A stretch of 61,352 nt of DNA from a virus (Duplodnaviria; Caudoviricetes), in IMG/VR virus record IMGVR_UViG_3300032087_000329, positions 1 through 61,352 of that record. One strand, written 5' to 3'. A model generated the notes under the pieces. The model saw nothing but the letters and a program-made list of their open reading frames with translations. It did not search any database and had not been told where the DNA came from. Both the position numbers and the translations under genes were made by a program. Of this stretch, positions 37,254 to 46,376 are shown in pieces (the stretch's first letter is position 1; the number at the start of each line of letters is the position of its first letter).

Positions 37254-37567
37254 AAGACCTCCGCAGGTATAGCAACTAAATGTGTCTCGAAAAAGTATCC
37301 TTCCTTAGAATTTTTTAGTTTTTCAATTACAGATTTATCATAACATCTAGCAGGTAAACAACAAGTCACTCCACTTTTTAGAACTTTTGAGCCAACTTCT
37401 TTCAGTTGCAGTAATGCTTTTTCCATGTGCTTGTCCTGAACTTTTGCAGCTATCGAAAACTCACCGATAACATACTTGTCCCAAACATGGTGTGCTTGTT
37501 TAGTTTCTGGGTCTTCTATAGTTATAGTAAAGACTGAAACGTGATGATGTTGTTTTAATTTTTCCAT
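37250..37567 (-). CDS. Hypothetical protein
   Basis: AAGGAG RBS and its own promoter. Confidence 0.65.
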   Translation of the reverse strand: MEKLKQHHHVSVFTITIEDPETKQAHHVWDKYVIGEFSIAAKVQDKHMEKALLQLKEVGSKVLKSGVTCCLPARCYDKSVIEKLKNSKEGYFFETHLVAIPAEVL

Positions 37568-37595
37568 TTTTTTCTCCTTTCTTAGTTAAAAGACA

Positions 37596-37624
37596 ATCAT
37601 ATCTCCTTTACTACAAAAAGTAAA
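37596..37624 (-). promoter_or_regulatory. Conserved phage promoter
   Basis: TTTACT-N17-TATGAT. Confidence 0.7.
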
Positions 37625-37632
37625 GTAGTTTA

Positions 37633-37878
37633 TTAATGTATTGTTTCGTGTCCTAAAGGCATATCTTCTAGAACTGAGTCTGTAGCGTATTGTATCACTA
37701 ACTTTATGATTTCTGGATGTAAATTTAATTTTAGTCCGATTGCTAATGCAGCCCAGATAGTTGCTAAGAGTAAAGCACCATCGTCTAAATTGTCTTCTCT
37801 TAAATCTGTAAAAACTAATGTACTTATTTGTTCTGCTAAATCTATAGCACGTTTTAGATTTAGTTCGTAAACATCCAT
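37633..37878 (-). CDS. Hypothetical protein
   Basis: Protein-like composition; downstream of the primase. Confidence 0.5.
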   Translation of the reverse strand: MDVYELNLKRAIDLAEQISTLVFTDLREDNLDDGALLLATIWAALAIGLKLNLHPEIIKLVIQYATDSVLEDMPLGHETIH

Positions 37879-37916
37879 ATAATAATATCATAGTCTTAAT
37901 GCTCTTCTTCGTATAG

Positions 37917-39431
37917 TTAAAATGGATCTTGTTTCATATCAGGAATATCTATATCTGCATCCTCACTGGTGTAAGCAGGTATTCCCCAAGCATTTACACC
38001 TCTTCCTTTTATATTAAAAAACACATGCTCAGCACCCATATCTTTTAATTTAGCAGCAATCTGGTTAGTTTTCATATCCATAAACCTATGCCTTTGTAAA
38101 TAATCCATTAAGTCACGGAGTCTAAAATGTGTCACACCATCATTAGTCCATGGTTTACCTAATAACATTTCCTCTCTAGTGGACGCTTGTGCTATGTCTG
38201 TACAAAAAGACTCTAACAACTCGTTAAACTGTCCCTGTACTGATGCATCTTCACTTACCTCTATTATTTCTAGACCATTTTCTAATAGTTGTTGTACTAA
38301 TCCTTGCCATGCAACTTCTTTCATTTTAGGTGGCATAATATTTAATGTTTCCATACACACACGCTGAAAACGTATTTGGTTTTGTAACTGTTCTGTACTA
38401 AGTTCTAAACGTTTATCGTTTACGGACATAAACCATAACGGTGGTTGTGTGTTTAGTTTAGCTAAACTAGAAAATACAGGTGCATCGTGTCCTGCACCCA
38501 CACCAAACTTACATGTTTTACACTTAGTAGGATTACAGTAAGATTTAATTGGTTCATCACTACACTTATAATTATAGTCTTTCTTCTCGTGCTGTGATAT
38601 AAGTTGCATAACTTCTTTAGCTGGTAGTGGTGGTTTAAAGTATTTACGGTTGTATTCTTCTAATTGTTCTCGCCAACTTTCTGGGTACGCTTTCTGTAAA
38701 TAAACAGCTACATTAAACAATCCATTGTTTCTAGTTCCTTCAGGAAATCCTTGTTTTAATAATATTTTTAAACAAGGTGGACCATGTAATAAATCTTCTT
38801 TTACAGTTGCTATCTCTATCTTAAATAACTCATCTGCGGTTGTTATTTGTCTAGTTATAGCATGCGATAAAAAATCTTCGATAGTCAATGCTTCTGCTTT
38901 TTCTGATAATCCATATCTAGTTGAATCATCGCCACCAAAATATGGCATGTTTAACCATGAACCGATGTCTCCTCTGTCTGCTAATACTTGTCTTTGTTTA
39001 GGAAATATTTCCAAACCACCATAACCTAGTCCTGCAGATATTTCCCTTAACTTATCCTGCATATCACCAGCTTCTACAGGTTCTGAAACGAAAAGCAGTA
39101 TATGTGCTCCACCACTTTTACTTCTACAAACTACTAACGGCAGTTTTTGAACTTCTATTTTTTCTACTAGCTCAGCTAAATCTAAAGGATATACATCTAC
39201 ATCTATACAACCCCAATGACACATATTGTCATCGTCAATGGGGATAACACCTAACCCATATTCTCCTTGTAGGTGTTTTTCCCACAGATCCACAGATGGT
39301 CCAGAGGTCTTAACAGTAATGGCTTTACCTTGTTTTTTACCATCGCCTCTGTTTTTAATAATTTCAAAATTACCATGTGCTCTTTGCGATCCTTTAAATA
39401 GCTGAGAAAAACTCTCTGCTATTTTTCTCAT
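37917..39431 (-). CDS. AEP-type primase with PriCT-like domain
   Basis: WGCIDVD, SKSGGAH, EIFPKQ, NMPY, PPCL...EGTRNNGLF. Confidence 0.8.
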   Translation of the reverse strand: MRKIAESFSQLFKGSQRAHGNFEIIKNRGDGKKQGKAITVKTSGPSVDLWEKHLQGEYGLGVIPIDDDNMCHWGCIDVDVYPLDLAELVEKIEVQKLPLVVCRSKSGGAHILLFVSEPVEAGDMQDKLREISAGLGYGGLEIFPKQRQVLADRGDIGSWLNMPYFGGDDSTRYGLSEKAEALTIEDFLSHAITRQITTADELFKIEIATVKEDLLHGPPCLKILLKQGFPEGTRNNGLFNVAVYLQKAYPESWREQLEEYNRKYFKPPLPAKEVMQLISQHEKKDYNYKCSDEPIKSYCNPTKCKTCKFGVGAGHDAPVFSSLAKLNTQPPLWFMSVNDKRLELSTEQLQNQIRFQRVCMETLNIMPPKMKEVAWQGLVQQLLENGLEIIEVSEDASVQGQFNELLESFCTDIAQASTREEMLLGKPWTNDGVTHFRLRDLMDYLQRHRFMDMKTNQIAAKLKDMGAEHVFFNIKGRGVNAWGIPAYTSEDADIDIPDMKQDPF

Positions 39432-39491
39432 AATTATATCTTATATCATGCTCGATGTTGTAGAGTACCGAGCAAACTCTAAAGACCATAA

Positions 39492-40256
39492 TTAAAACGG
39501 AGTGTCTTCGTTGGCTGTTTTTACGGAACCAGAATTTACATTCTGACTAAACTGTTTAGCAGCAGAATAAATAAAGCTATCCTCACTTCCTAATTGTTCA
39601 TCCATAGCTACATCCCAACCATACCATGATCCCTGATCATTTTGTTCTATCACTGAAGTCAATTTATATTTGTGAGAAAACGTAGGTGGTGTAAACACAT
39701 TGCCATCTTTTGTTCTTATTTTAAGACCAGACATTATAGAATTCCACTTCTTAGACTTTTTAAGTTGGCTACCACCAAAAGCAATAATCGCTTGGCTAAA
39801 CCCACCTGCATTATCTAATACGAGTACATAATGATTGGCTGTAGTTGCTATTAGATTACCATTTTCTAAATAATCTTGACCTTTGTCACTTCTTACAACT
39901 TTACTTAAAATTTCAGAACTTTCATGCACACCTGCTAGACCTTTTCTATCAGGTAACCACTCTAAAAAATTACGTTTATACGCCACTGGTACCACTGTGA
40001 CACCCTCTGCACCTTTGTACAATGTATTATCAACAGTGTTAAATATATCTCCTTGCTCACAACCAGCTATGTGTTTACCATCACGAGCATTAACCTGTGG
40101 GCTCATAGCTTGTATAATTCGCAAGAACGGAATAGCTAAATCTTCTGAAGATACATTCTCCAGACCAGAATTAGCATCTGCCATCATATCGTTAACATCT
40201 AACGACAAATCGGTATTTTGTTTCTTTGTTATTGGTTTTTTTACTTCATCATTCAT
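39492..40256 (-). CDS. Putative single-stranded DNA-binding protein
   Basis: DLAIPFL.I.Q.MSPQ, SQLKKSKKWN, acidic C-terminus EDTPF. Confidence 0.6.
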   Translation of the reverse strand: MNDEVKKPITKKQNTDLSLDVNDMMADANSGLENVSSEDLAIPFLRIIQAMSPQVNARDGKHIAGCEQGDIFNTVDNTLYKGAEGVTVVPVAYKRNFLEWLPDRKGLAGVHESSEILSKVVRSDKGQDYLENGNLIATTANHYVLVLDNAGGFSQAIIAFGGSQLKKSKKWNSIMSGLKIRTKDGNVFTPPTFSHKYKLTSVIEQNDQGSWYGWDVAMDEQLGSEDSFIYSAAKQFSQNVNSGSVKTANEDTPF

Positions 40257-40263
40257 TTTTTAT

Positions 40264-40830
40264 TTATCCTTTAGTTATTTTAGTTTTTTGACCTACATAT
40301 ACATTAAAGACATCAAACGGGAGGTCTGTACCATTTTCAACCTGTTCACGTGCAAACGCTTTGAGAGTCATAGGCTCTACCCAACGTTTGTTCGTAGGAG
40401 CGTACCCTTGAGCAATTAAACTCTCAGATACAGAAACAGCAGATTCATCTTCGCCTCTACCAAACTGTACAGAAATAACATTTTTTATAATGTCTTCATG
40501 TCCATTTTGTTTAAGCCATGCAAATGCTTCTGCTTCTCTTTCCTTTCCTATACGTGCAGAATAAAACTGCTGTACAGAAACTTTTGAACCATCTGCTAGT
40601 TTAATCTCTGATAGATTACATTCACGCATAGCATCTGGTAATTTTTGTTCTACTATATCTTTTAGTTTTTTCTTTTCGTCAGCTAACTCTTCCTCTTTTT
40701 GTCTGACTAATTCTTCTAACCTTAATTGTTCTTGAGCCCAAAAAGATACTTCTTTTAGACTATCATTTTGGGGAGTGTTGTCCATGTTTGGTGTGGCATC
40801 TTCTTCCCATACGTTTTTTAAATCTGACAT
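40264..40830 (-). CDS. Conserved replication-module protein
   Basis: AFAWL..NGH.DIIKN...VEPMTLKA. Confidence 0.6.
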   Translation of the reverse strand: MSDLKNVWEEDATPNMDNTPQNDSLKEVSFWAQEQLRLEELVRQKEEELADEKKKLKDIVEQKLPDAMRECNLSEIKLADGSKVSVQQFYSARIGKEREAEAFAWLKQNGHEDIIKNVISVQFGRGEDESAVSVSESLIAQGYAPTNKRWVEPMTLKAFAREQVENGTDLPFDVFNVYVGQKTKITKG

Positions 40831-40839
40831 AATATTCCT

Positions 40840-41145
40840 CTACTTAAAATCTACTTGTACTGGGAAATATTTATATTCTCTATTATCCCATTTTAGCATG
40901 TTTACTTTATTAGTATTCATAGCAGCATAGTGTGTTGCTATTCCTATCGAAACTGGATCTCCGACTAATAAAAGATAGTCTTCTGGTCCAAAAAACTCTA
41001 AGGCAGAACGTATTTTACTGACTGCTTCTTCAGTCGAGAACATTAGATTAGTTTTGGGGGGTAAAAGAAACTCTAGTTCACCGTAATTAGTAGCAGCAAG
41101 TAGATTCTTGCCTGGAGTTTCTTGTATTGCGTAGACTTTCGACAT
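40840..41145 (-). CDS. Conserved hypothetical protein
   Basis: YGELEFLLP...DYLLLVGDP...LKWD. Confidence 0.6.
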   Translation of the reverse strand: MSKVYAIQETPGKNLLAATNYGELEFLLPPKTNLMFSTEEAVSKIRSALEFFGPEDYLLLVGDPVSIGIATHYAAMNTNKVNMLKWDNREYKYFPVQVDFK

Positions 41146-41179
41146 TCTTAATTCTTCCTCTAGTTTCTATCTATCAGTG

Positions 41180-41208
41180 ATCATATATAATCTTTCTTAA
41201 AAAGTAAA
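41180..41208 (-). promoter_or_regulatory. Conserved phage promoter (leftward member of a divergent pair)
   Basis: TTTACT-N17-TATGAT. Confidence 0.7.
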
Positions 41209-41274
41209 GCGGAAATGTTATTGCTTCATGAAAAATTATTTTTTTGATGATGATACGTTAAAAATTATCAAAAA

Positions 41275-41359
41275 GCTAATAACCTAATATGATAGCAAGC
41301 AAAGACAATAGAACAAAGGGCAGGAGTCGTATTACCTTTACATATTGGACACCTATTAC
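41275..41359. repeat. Copy 2 of the ~85-bp boxed element (inverted relative to 21268-21351)
   Basis: GCTAATAACCTAATATG-N36-CGTATTACCTTTACATATTGGACACCTATT. Confidence 0.65.
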
Positions 41360-41366
41360 TTAGTCC

Positions 41367-41395
41367 TTTACTATTGTGTATTTATAGGTTATGAT
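41367..41395 (+). promoter_or_regulatory. Conserved phage promoter (rightward member of a divergent pair)
   Basis: GTCC-TTTACT-N17-TATGAT. Confidence 0.75.
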
Positions 41396-41423
41396 TTGCG
41401 ATAACTATAAGAAAGGAGAGATT

Positions 41424-41915
41424 ATGAACATATTTTACGTATATAAAGACCCAGCTCATGCTGCTATCTGTTTACCAGATAAACTAGTAGTTAAAATGCC
41501 TTTAGAGTCAGCTCAAATGTTAAGCACTGCTCATCGTGTACTTAACGGTGACGAATGGTGTGACCTTAACGGTGTATATAAAACTGCTCACCTTAACCAT
41601 CCTTGCACTATATGGACTAGAGAATCACTACAAAACTACAGGTGGCTCTACTATCACTTTTTTGCTTTATGTCAAGAGTACAAAACTAGATACGGTAGAG
41701 AACACCTTAGTTATACAAAACTTAACGAAGTATTGTCTAGTGCCCCTGCTAATATTCCAGACATAGGTATAACTCCTATGCCACAGGCTATGCCCGATGA
41801 GTATAAAAATTCTGATCCTGTTAAAGCATATCGTGATTACGTAGTTAACGAAAAACATTATGCAGAGTGGAATAAATTACCTGACAGACAACCAGATTGG
41901 TGGACTACAGCATGA
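41424..41915 (+). CDS. Pyrimidine-dimer DNA glycosylase/endonuclease V-like protein
   Basis: MNIF...DK.VVKM.LESAQMLST, H.NHPC..W, EY..RYG..H, PQAMPD; AAGGAG RBS before 41424. Confidence 0.8.
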   Translation: MNIFYVYKDPAHAAICLPDKLVVKMPLESAQMLSTAHRVLNGDEWCDLNGVYKTAHLNHPCTIWTRESLQNYRWLYYHFFALCQEYKTRYGREHLSYTKLNEVLSSAPANIPDIGITPMPQAMPDEYKNSDPVKAYRDYVVNEKHYAEWNKLPDRQPDWWTTA

Positions 41916-43357
41916 CAAAAGCATTTGTATTTAAAACTGAACCATACGAACACCAACTTACAGCATTACAAGAAAGTTGTGATAAAGAAAACTTTGCATA
42001 TTTTATGGAGATGGGGACTGGTAAATCAAAAGTGTTAATTGACAATATAGCACATCTCTACACTAAAAAGAAAATAAATGCTGTTGTTATAATAGCACCT
42101 AAAGGTGTGTATCGTAATTGGGCACAAAGAGAAATACCTATACATTTACCAGATCACATAGATAAACAAGTATATTTGTGGACAGCTAGTGATTCAGGTA
42201 AAGCTATGAAAGAGAAAGAAGATTTATTAAACAGTTCGCCTGAATTAAAAATATTGGTCATGAATGTAGAGGCTTTGAGCACTACTAAAGGTGTCAAATT
42301 TGCATGGAAACTTATAGCTAATAAAGACACGTTAATGGCTGTTGATGAAAGCACGACTATAAAAAATCCTGGAGCTAAACGTACTAAAAATGTAATCAAG
42401 ATAGGTAAGTATTGTCATTATCGTAGAATATTAACTGGATCACCTGTCACTCGATCACCTTTAGACGTATACACACAATCACAGTTTCTAGATCCTGCGT
42501 TGTTAGGGTTTAGTTCTTATTTTGCGTTTAGAAATCGTTATGCTTTATTAGTGGATAGACAAGCAGGTGGTAGAAGTTTTAAGCAAGTTGTCGGTTTCCA
42601 GAATTTAGATGAGCTTAATGAACAGTTACAAAAATTTAGCTATAGAGTATTAAAAGAAGATTGTTTGGATTTACCAGATAAAGTTTATATAAGACGTGAG
42701 ATAGAAATGTCACCTGAACAGAAAAAAGTATATAAAGAAATGAAGAAGTATGCTATTTCTGAGCTATCAGGCATAGGCACAGTTTCTGCATCTTCAGTCA
42801 TTACACAAATAATACGTTTACATCAGATATCTTGTGGGTTTGCATCTACAGATGATAATGAAATAAAAGACATACCTAACAGTAGAACTGATGAACTGAT
42901 GCAAATATTAAGTGAAACTGAGGGTAAAGTTATTATATGGGCAAACTATAGACACGACATACAGAGATTACATGGACTTATAAGTAAAGAGTATGGTGAA
43001 AATTCTGTAGGAACATATTATGGAGACACGTCTGATGTAGATAGAGAAGAACTTATAACTAAGTTTCAAGATAAAGATAATCCATTGCGTTTCTTTATAG
43101 GTAATACACAAACAGGTGGGTATGGTATTACACTTACTGCTGCAAACACAGTTGTGTATTTTTCTAATAGTTATGATTTAGAGAAACGTTTACAATCTGA
43201 AGACCGTGCTCATCGTATCGGTCAGACCAATAAAGTCACATATATAGACATAGTTTGTAAAGATACAGTTGACGAAAAAATAGTACAAGCATTAAGAAAC
43301 AAATTAAACTTAGCTCAGACAGTTTTAGGCGAAGAGGCTTGGGAAGACTGGTTATAG
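41897..43357 (+). CDS. SNF2-family helicase
   Basis: EMGTGKS, DEST, LTGSP, GGYGITLT, QSEDRAHRIGQ. Confidence 0.9.
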   Translation: MVDYSMTKAFVFKTEPYEHQLTALQESCDKENFAYFMEMGTGKSKVLIDNIAHLYTKKKINAVVIIAPKGVYRNWAQREIPIHLPDHIDKQVYLWTASDSGKAMKEKEDLLNSSPELKILVMNVEALSTTKGVKFAWKLIANKDTLMAVDESTTIKNPGAKRTKNVIKIGKYCHYRRILTGSPVTRSPLDVYTQSQFLDPALLGFSSYFAFRNRYALLVDRQAGGRSFKQVVGFQNLDELNEQLQKFSYRVLKEDCLDLPDKVYIRREIEMSPEQKKVYKEMKKYAISELSGIGTVSASSVITQIIRLHQISCGFASTDDNEIKDIPNSRTDELMQILSETEGKVIIWANYRHDIQRLHGLISKEYGENSVGTYYGDTSDVDREELITKFQDKDNPLRFFIGNTQTGGYGITLTAANTVVYFSNSYDLEKRLQSEDRAHRIGQTNKVTYIDIVCKDTVDEKIVQALRNKLNLAQTVLGEEAWEDWL

Positions 43358-43429
43358 TCGATTGCACAGAGTCTTTAGTTGTAGTTATACCCTACCAATT
43401 TAATTTAGAACGTCTGTGCAAACGACTAT
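43354..43429. terminator. Long inverted repeat between convergent genes (possible bidirectional terminator or processing site)
   Basis: ATAGTCGATTGCACAGA (43354-43370) pairs with TCTGTGCAAACGACTAT (43413-43429) at 16 of 17 positions. Confidence 0.55.
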
Positions 43430-43432
43430 TAT

Positions 43433-44005
43433 TTACTGTATTGGTGTTTTATCGACTATATCTATAATTGAGTCATCAAAAACAGAATAATAAATATCCC
43501 CAACGTTTTTGTTTTTAAACTTACTGTATGTTGTATCTCTTTTCAATGCTTTTATGCCATAGTTAGAAAAAACTTCTTCAGGAACTTTACCAACTTCTTC
43601 TAAATTATCCATCACATCCTTCCATCCTCTTGTTTTTGATTTGTCTATAGGTCGTAAGTTGAAATCTTTTATAATTGCATCTAGTTTAGATTGTACAACA
43701 GGAGTTTGATTGTCGTATGCTCTAGCTACGTAAATTTGGTCAGGAGATATATCTATTTCAGTTTTATATAAAGTTGGGTTAGGATTACCACCACGTCTTC
43801 GTATTACATCGTCTACTTGGTCTTTGTTCCACATCTTTTTAATTTTAGATGCATCTAAATCTGTGTACATGCCTCCGATGCCTTTCTCAGGAGAAAAATA
43901 TAGACCATACCCTAGATCGCCTTTACCAGCTTTATCTATATCGAATTCATTAAAGTTTTTTCCAGATCCATGATACAGAGTAAGTTTCTCTGTTGGAGCT
44001 TCGTT
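43433..44005 (-). CDS. ADP-ribosyltransferase-like domain (ART-PolyVal type), in frame with the upstream gene across one TGA
   Basis: Frame is open from 44005: NEAPTEKLTLYHGSGKNFNEFDIDKAGKGDLGYGLYFSPEKGIGGMY...YSVFDDSII; no ATG/GTG/TTG before the YHG motif. Confidence 0.7.
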   Translation of the reverse strand, partial: NEAPTEKLTLYHGSGKNFNEFDIDKAGKGDLGYGLYFSPEKGIGGMYTDLDASKIKKMWNKDQVDDVIRRRGGNPNPTLYKTEIDISPDQIYVARAYDNQTPVVQSKLDAIIKDFNLRPIDKSKTRGWKDVMDNLEEVGKVPEEVFSNYGIKALKRDTTYSKFKNKNVGDIYYSVFDDSIIDIVDKTPIQ

Positions 44006-45073
44006 TCAGCTACTGCCTCTGCTTGCTGTTAATTCTGCTCGTAGTTTATTTATTCTAGCATCAAGAGCAGAAATTTGATTCGGAGTCATATATTGATATT
44101 CAGTTTCTCTTTCTCTCATTAATTTTTTTAGTTTTTCTGATTTGTTTATCATTTCTTTTCTAATTGCTTTTTCAGCTAGTATCTCAGCTTCAGGTATGAC
44201 TCCTCTGGAAGCTGTTGCTCCTTGTTTTGGAATAAAATACGCACTAAACCCACCTATGTATGGATCTGACCCATAATGCAGTCCTACTGGTTTACCATCT
44301 ACCGTGAATGTTTTTACTTTGTCTATAGCTTCTTCTCCATTCTCAAGTCTAAATGTATAATTTTTAACTGAACCTGGATCTGGCTTAAAATCAAGTTTAG
44401 CCATATCTTCAAAACCTGTTGTATCGTCATCGAAAACTCTAATAGAATTTTTATCGAATCCCATATCTTCAAAATGTTTTGCAATTACAGCGTTGCTTTT
44501 GTTGTTTACATCAAAATCTTCTATTCTAAATGATTTAGCATCAACATCGAATGTTGAATCACCTGTTTTACGAATATTAAGATTTACTGGTTTGATGACT
44601 TCTTCTGGTAGTTGGTTAAAATCAGCAGATTTAGTATCAGAAAGTTTGTATATTTCATCAAATGGTCCACTTCCACCTCCACGACTACCACCTCCACCTC
44701 CAGGAATATTACTATCCATTCTAGTGTTTACTCTGTTCATTAAATTACCTATGCCTCTTTCAAGAGTTTTACTACCTACTCTACCAGCATCAACAGCAGA
44801 GCCTAAAAATGGAAGCATACTAGCTTGAGCTATTAAACCTTGTGTTCCAAAACCTAACATGTCTCCGTATCTTCCTTCTTCTTTTGCTCTACCTGCTTTA
44901 TCATACAAATCTGCACTTTCTACAAAAGCAATGGCATCCCCAACTCCTGGAGTCATGTATAAACCCATTTGATCTCTAAACGGAAGTTTTGTAAAAGACT
45001 GATATGCAGCCATAGGATCACCAGCTGCAATATTATCTATAACTTGTTGATATAAATCAGTTTCATTTGCCAT
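44006..45073 (-). CDS. Hypothetical protein with pre-toxin-like N-terminus
   Basis: TPGVGDAI...MLPFLGS, Gly linker; ends in TGA in frame with the ART domain. Confidence 0.65.
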   Translation of the reverse strand: MANETDLYQQVIDNIAAGDPMAAYQSFTKLPFRDQMGLYMTPGVGDAIAFVESADLYDKAGRAKEEGRYGDMLGFGTQGLIAQASMLPFLGSAVDAGRVGSKTLERGIGNLMNRVNTRMDSNIPGGGGGSRGGGSGPFDEIYKLSDTKSADFNQLPEEVIKPVNLNIRKTGDSTFDVDAKSFRIEDFDVNNKSNAVIAKHFEDMGFDKNSIRVFDDDTTGFEDMAKLDFKPDPGSVKNYTFRLENGEEAIDKVKTFTVDGKPVGLHYGSDPYIGGFSAYFIPKQGATASRGVIPEAEILAEKAIRKEMINKSEKLKKLMRERETEYQYMTPNQISALDARINKLRAELTASRGSS

Positions 45074-45112
45074 AATTGTATTCTCTTATATTTTTATACA
45101 TAAGTAAAGGAG

Positions 45113-45391
45113 TTAACAGTTCCAATCTCTACGTGCCCAATAATTAGCACTGCATCTATCTGTAGTACCACTTATACCACCACTCCTAGCACAATAACTT
45201 TTCTTTCTACTTTTGTCACCAGGATGTTTACCTAATTTTTTATCTCCAAAAGTTATACGTTTTACACGTCCTCCGTCACTACTACAACCTTTTACAAAAA
45301 CAACTTTACGTTTTTTGCCATATCCAGGTTCGCCTTTACGAATAGCTCTAGGACTATTTAACGTCACTTTTTTACCTTTAAATTCTGCCAT
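45113..45391 (-). CDS. Small basic conserved phage protein
   Basis: ITFGD...RKKSYCARS...SANYWA...W.C. Confidence 0.65.
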   Translation of the reverse strand: MAEFKGKKVTLNSPRAIRKGEPGYGKKRKVVFVKGCSSDGGRVKRITFGDKKLGKHPGDKSRKKSYCARSGGISGTTDRCSANYWARRDWNC

Positions 45392-45392
45392 A

Positions 45393-46376
45393 TTATCTTC
45401 TCCTAAATGGGTCGAGTGTATCTATACCAAATTTCGGTGCGTCTAAAAACATTGGTTGATTACGTGGTCCACCTATAGTATCTCTAACCTTTCTATCGTT
45501 TATGTCTTGGATAAAACGTGGAGGTGTGAGTGGAGGACGTGTAACTGGAGGTGGTGTATTTATTGCTGGTGGCATCATTAAATTTTCTGGATTAAAAAAA
45601 TCTTCTGTAGGTCTTATACCTGGACCAAAGCCAAAATCTTCTAGGGGTGGTGTTGGTGGTTGAACAAAATCAAATGGTGGACGATATGGTGGGGGAACAT
45701 CAATTGGTGGAACAAACGGTGGTCTATCTATAGGTGGATCGTATGGTGGTCTATCTATAGGTGGAACAAACGGTGGATCATACGGAGGTCTATTTATAGG
45801 TGGAACAAACGGTGGATCGTATGGTGGATCGTATGGTGGATCGTATGGAGGATCATATGGTGGACGATCATATGGAGGTTTTACGTTTCCTCCTCCGCCA
45901 CCGCCAGTGCCACCACCTTCGTCACCACCACCAGTGTCACCACCAGTGCCATCATCAGTGCCACCTCCACCAGTGCCACCTCCACCAGTGTTACCTCCAC
46001 CAGTATTACCTCCACCAGTGTCATTTCCACCAGTGTCATTTCCACCAGTTCCTAACAACGAAGCAAACGCATTAGCTTGTTGATTTGCTAAATTTTGTGC
46101 AGCATCAGCTACTTCCATGTTTCTTTGCTCTTGTTGTTGTGACTGTAATCTTAGATTTGTTGGAGGTGTATACGTATTAATCAATGGTTCTATGCCTTGA
46201 GGTTGTGTAATCGGGATTCTGTAATCTCTAGGAGGCATTGGATCTTGACGATAATTATCATCTATAATTGTCACATTATCTCCTGCACCACCACCCATGT
46301 ATTGTTGATTAGATGGTGTAATAGTTCCATAATTTAATCTACCCTTAGCATTTTTAAAAAATTTTGCTATTGACAT
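45393..46376 (-). CDS. Gly/Pro-rich low-complexity protein
   Basis: GGNDT/GGGNT tandem block followed by PPYD/PPFV/RPP repeats. Confidence 0.7.
   Translation of the reverse strand: MSIAKFFKNAKGRLNYGTITPSNQQYMGGGAGDNVTIIDDNYRQDPMPPRDYRIPITQPQGIEPLINTYTPPTNLRLQSQQQEQRNMEVADAAQNLANQQANAFASLLGTGGNDTGGNDTGGGNTGGGNTGGGGTGGGGTDDGTGGDTGGGDEGGGTGGGGGGNVKPPYDRPPYDPPYDPPYDPPYDPPFVPPINRPPYDPPFVPPIDRPPYDPPIDRPPFVPPIDVPPPYRPPFDFVQPPTPPLEDFGFGPGIRPTEDFFNPENLMMPPAINTPPPVTRPPLTPPRFIQDINDRKVRDTIGGPRNQPMFLDAPKFGIDTLDPFRRR

Noticed and set aside
37586-37891. 101-aa ORF
   Set aside because: Alternative frame of 37633-37878 with poor composition, and it crosses a promoter
44006-44008. Genome-wide TGA reassignment or selenocysteine
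   Set aside because: TGA acts as a normal stop in several ATGA overlaps (e.g. 3917, 34052, 60556), and no sel genes or suppressor tRNA were seen
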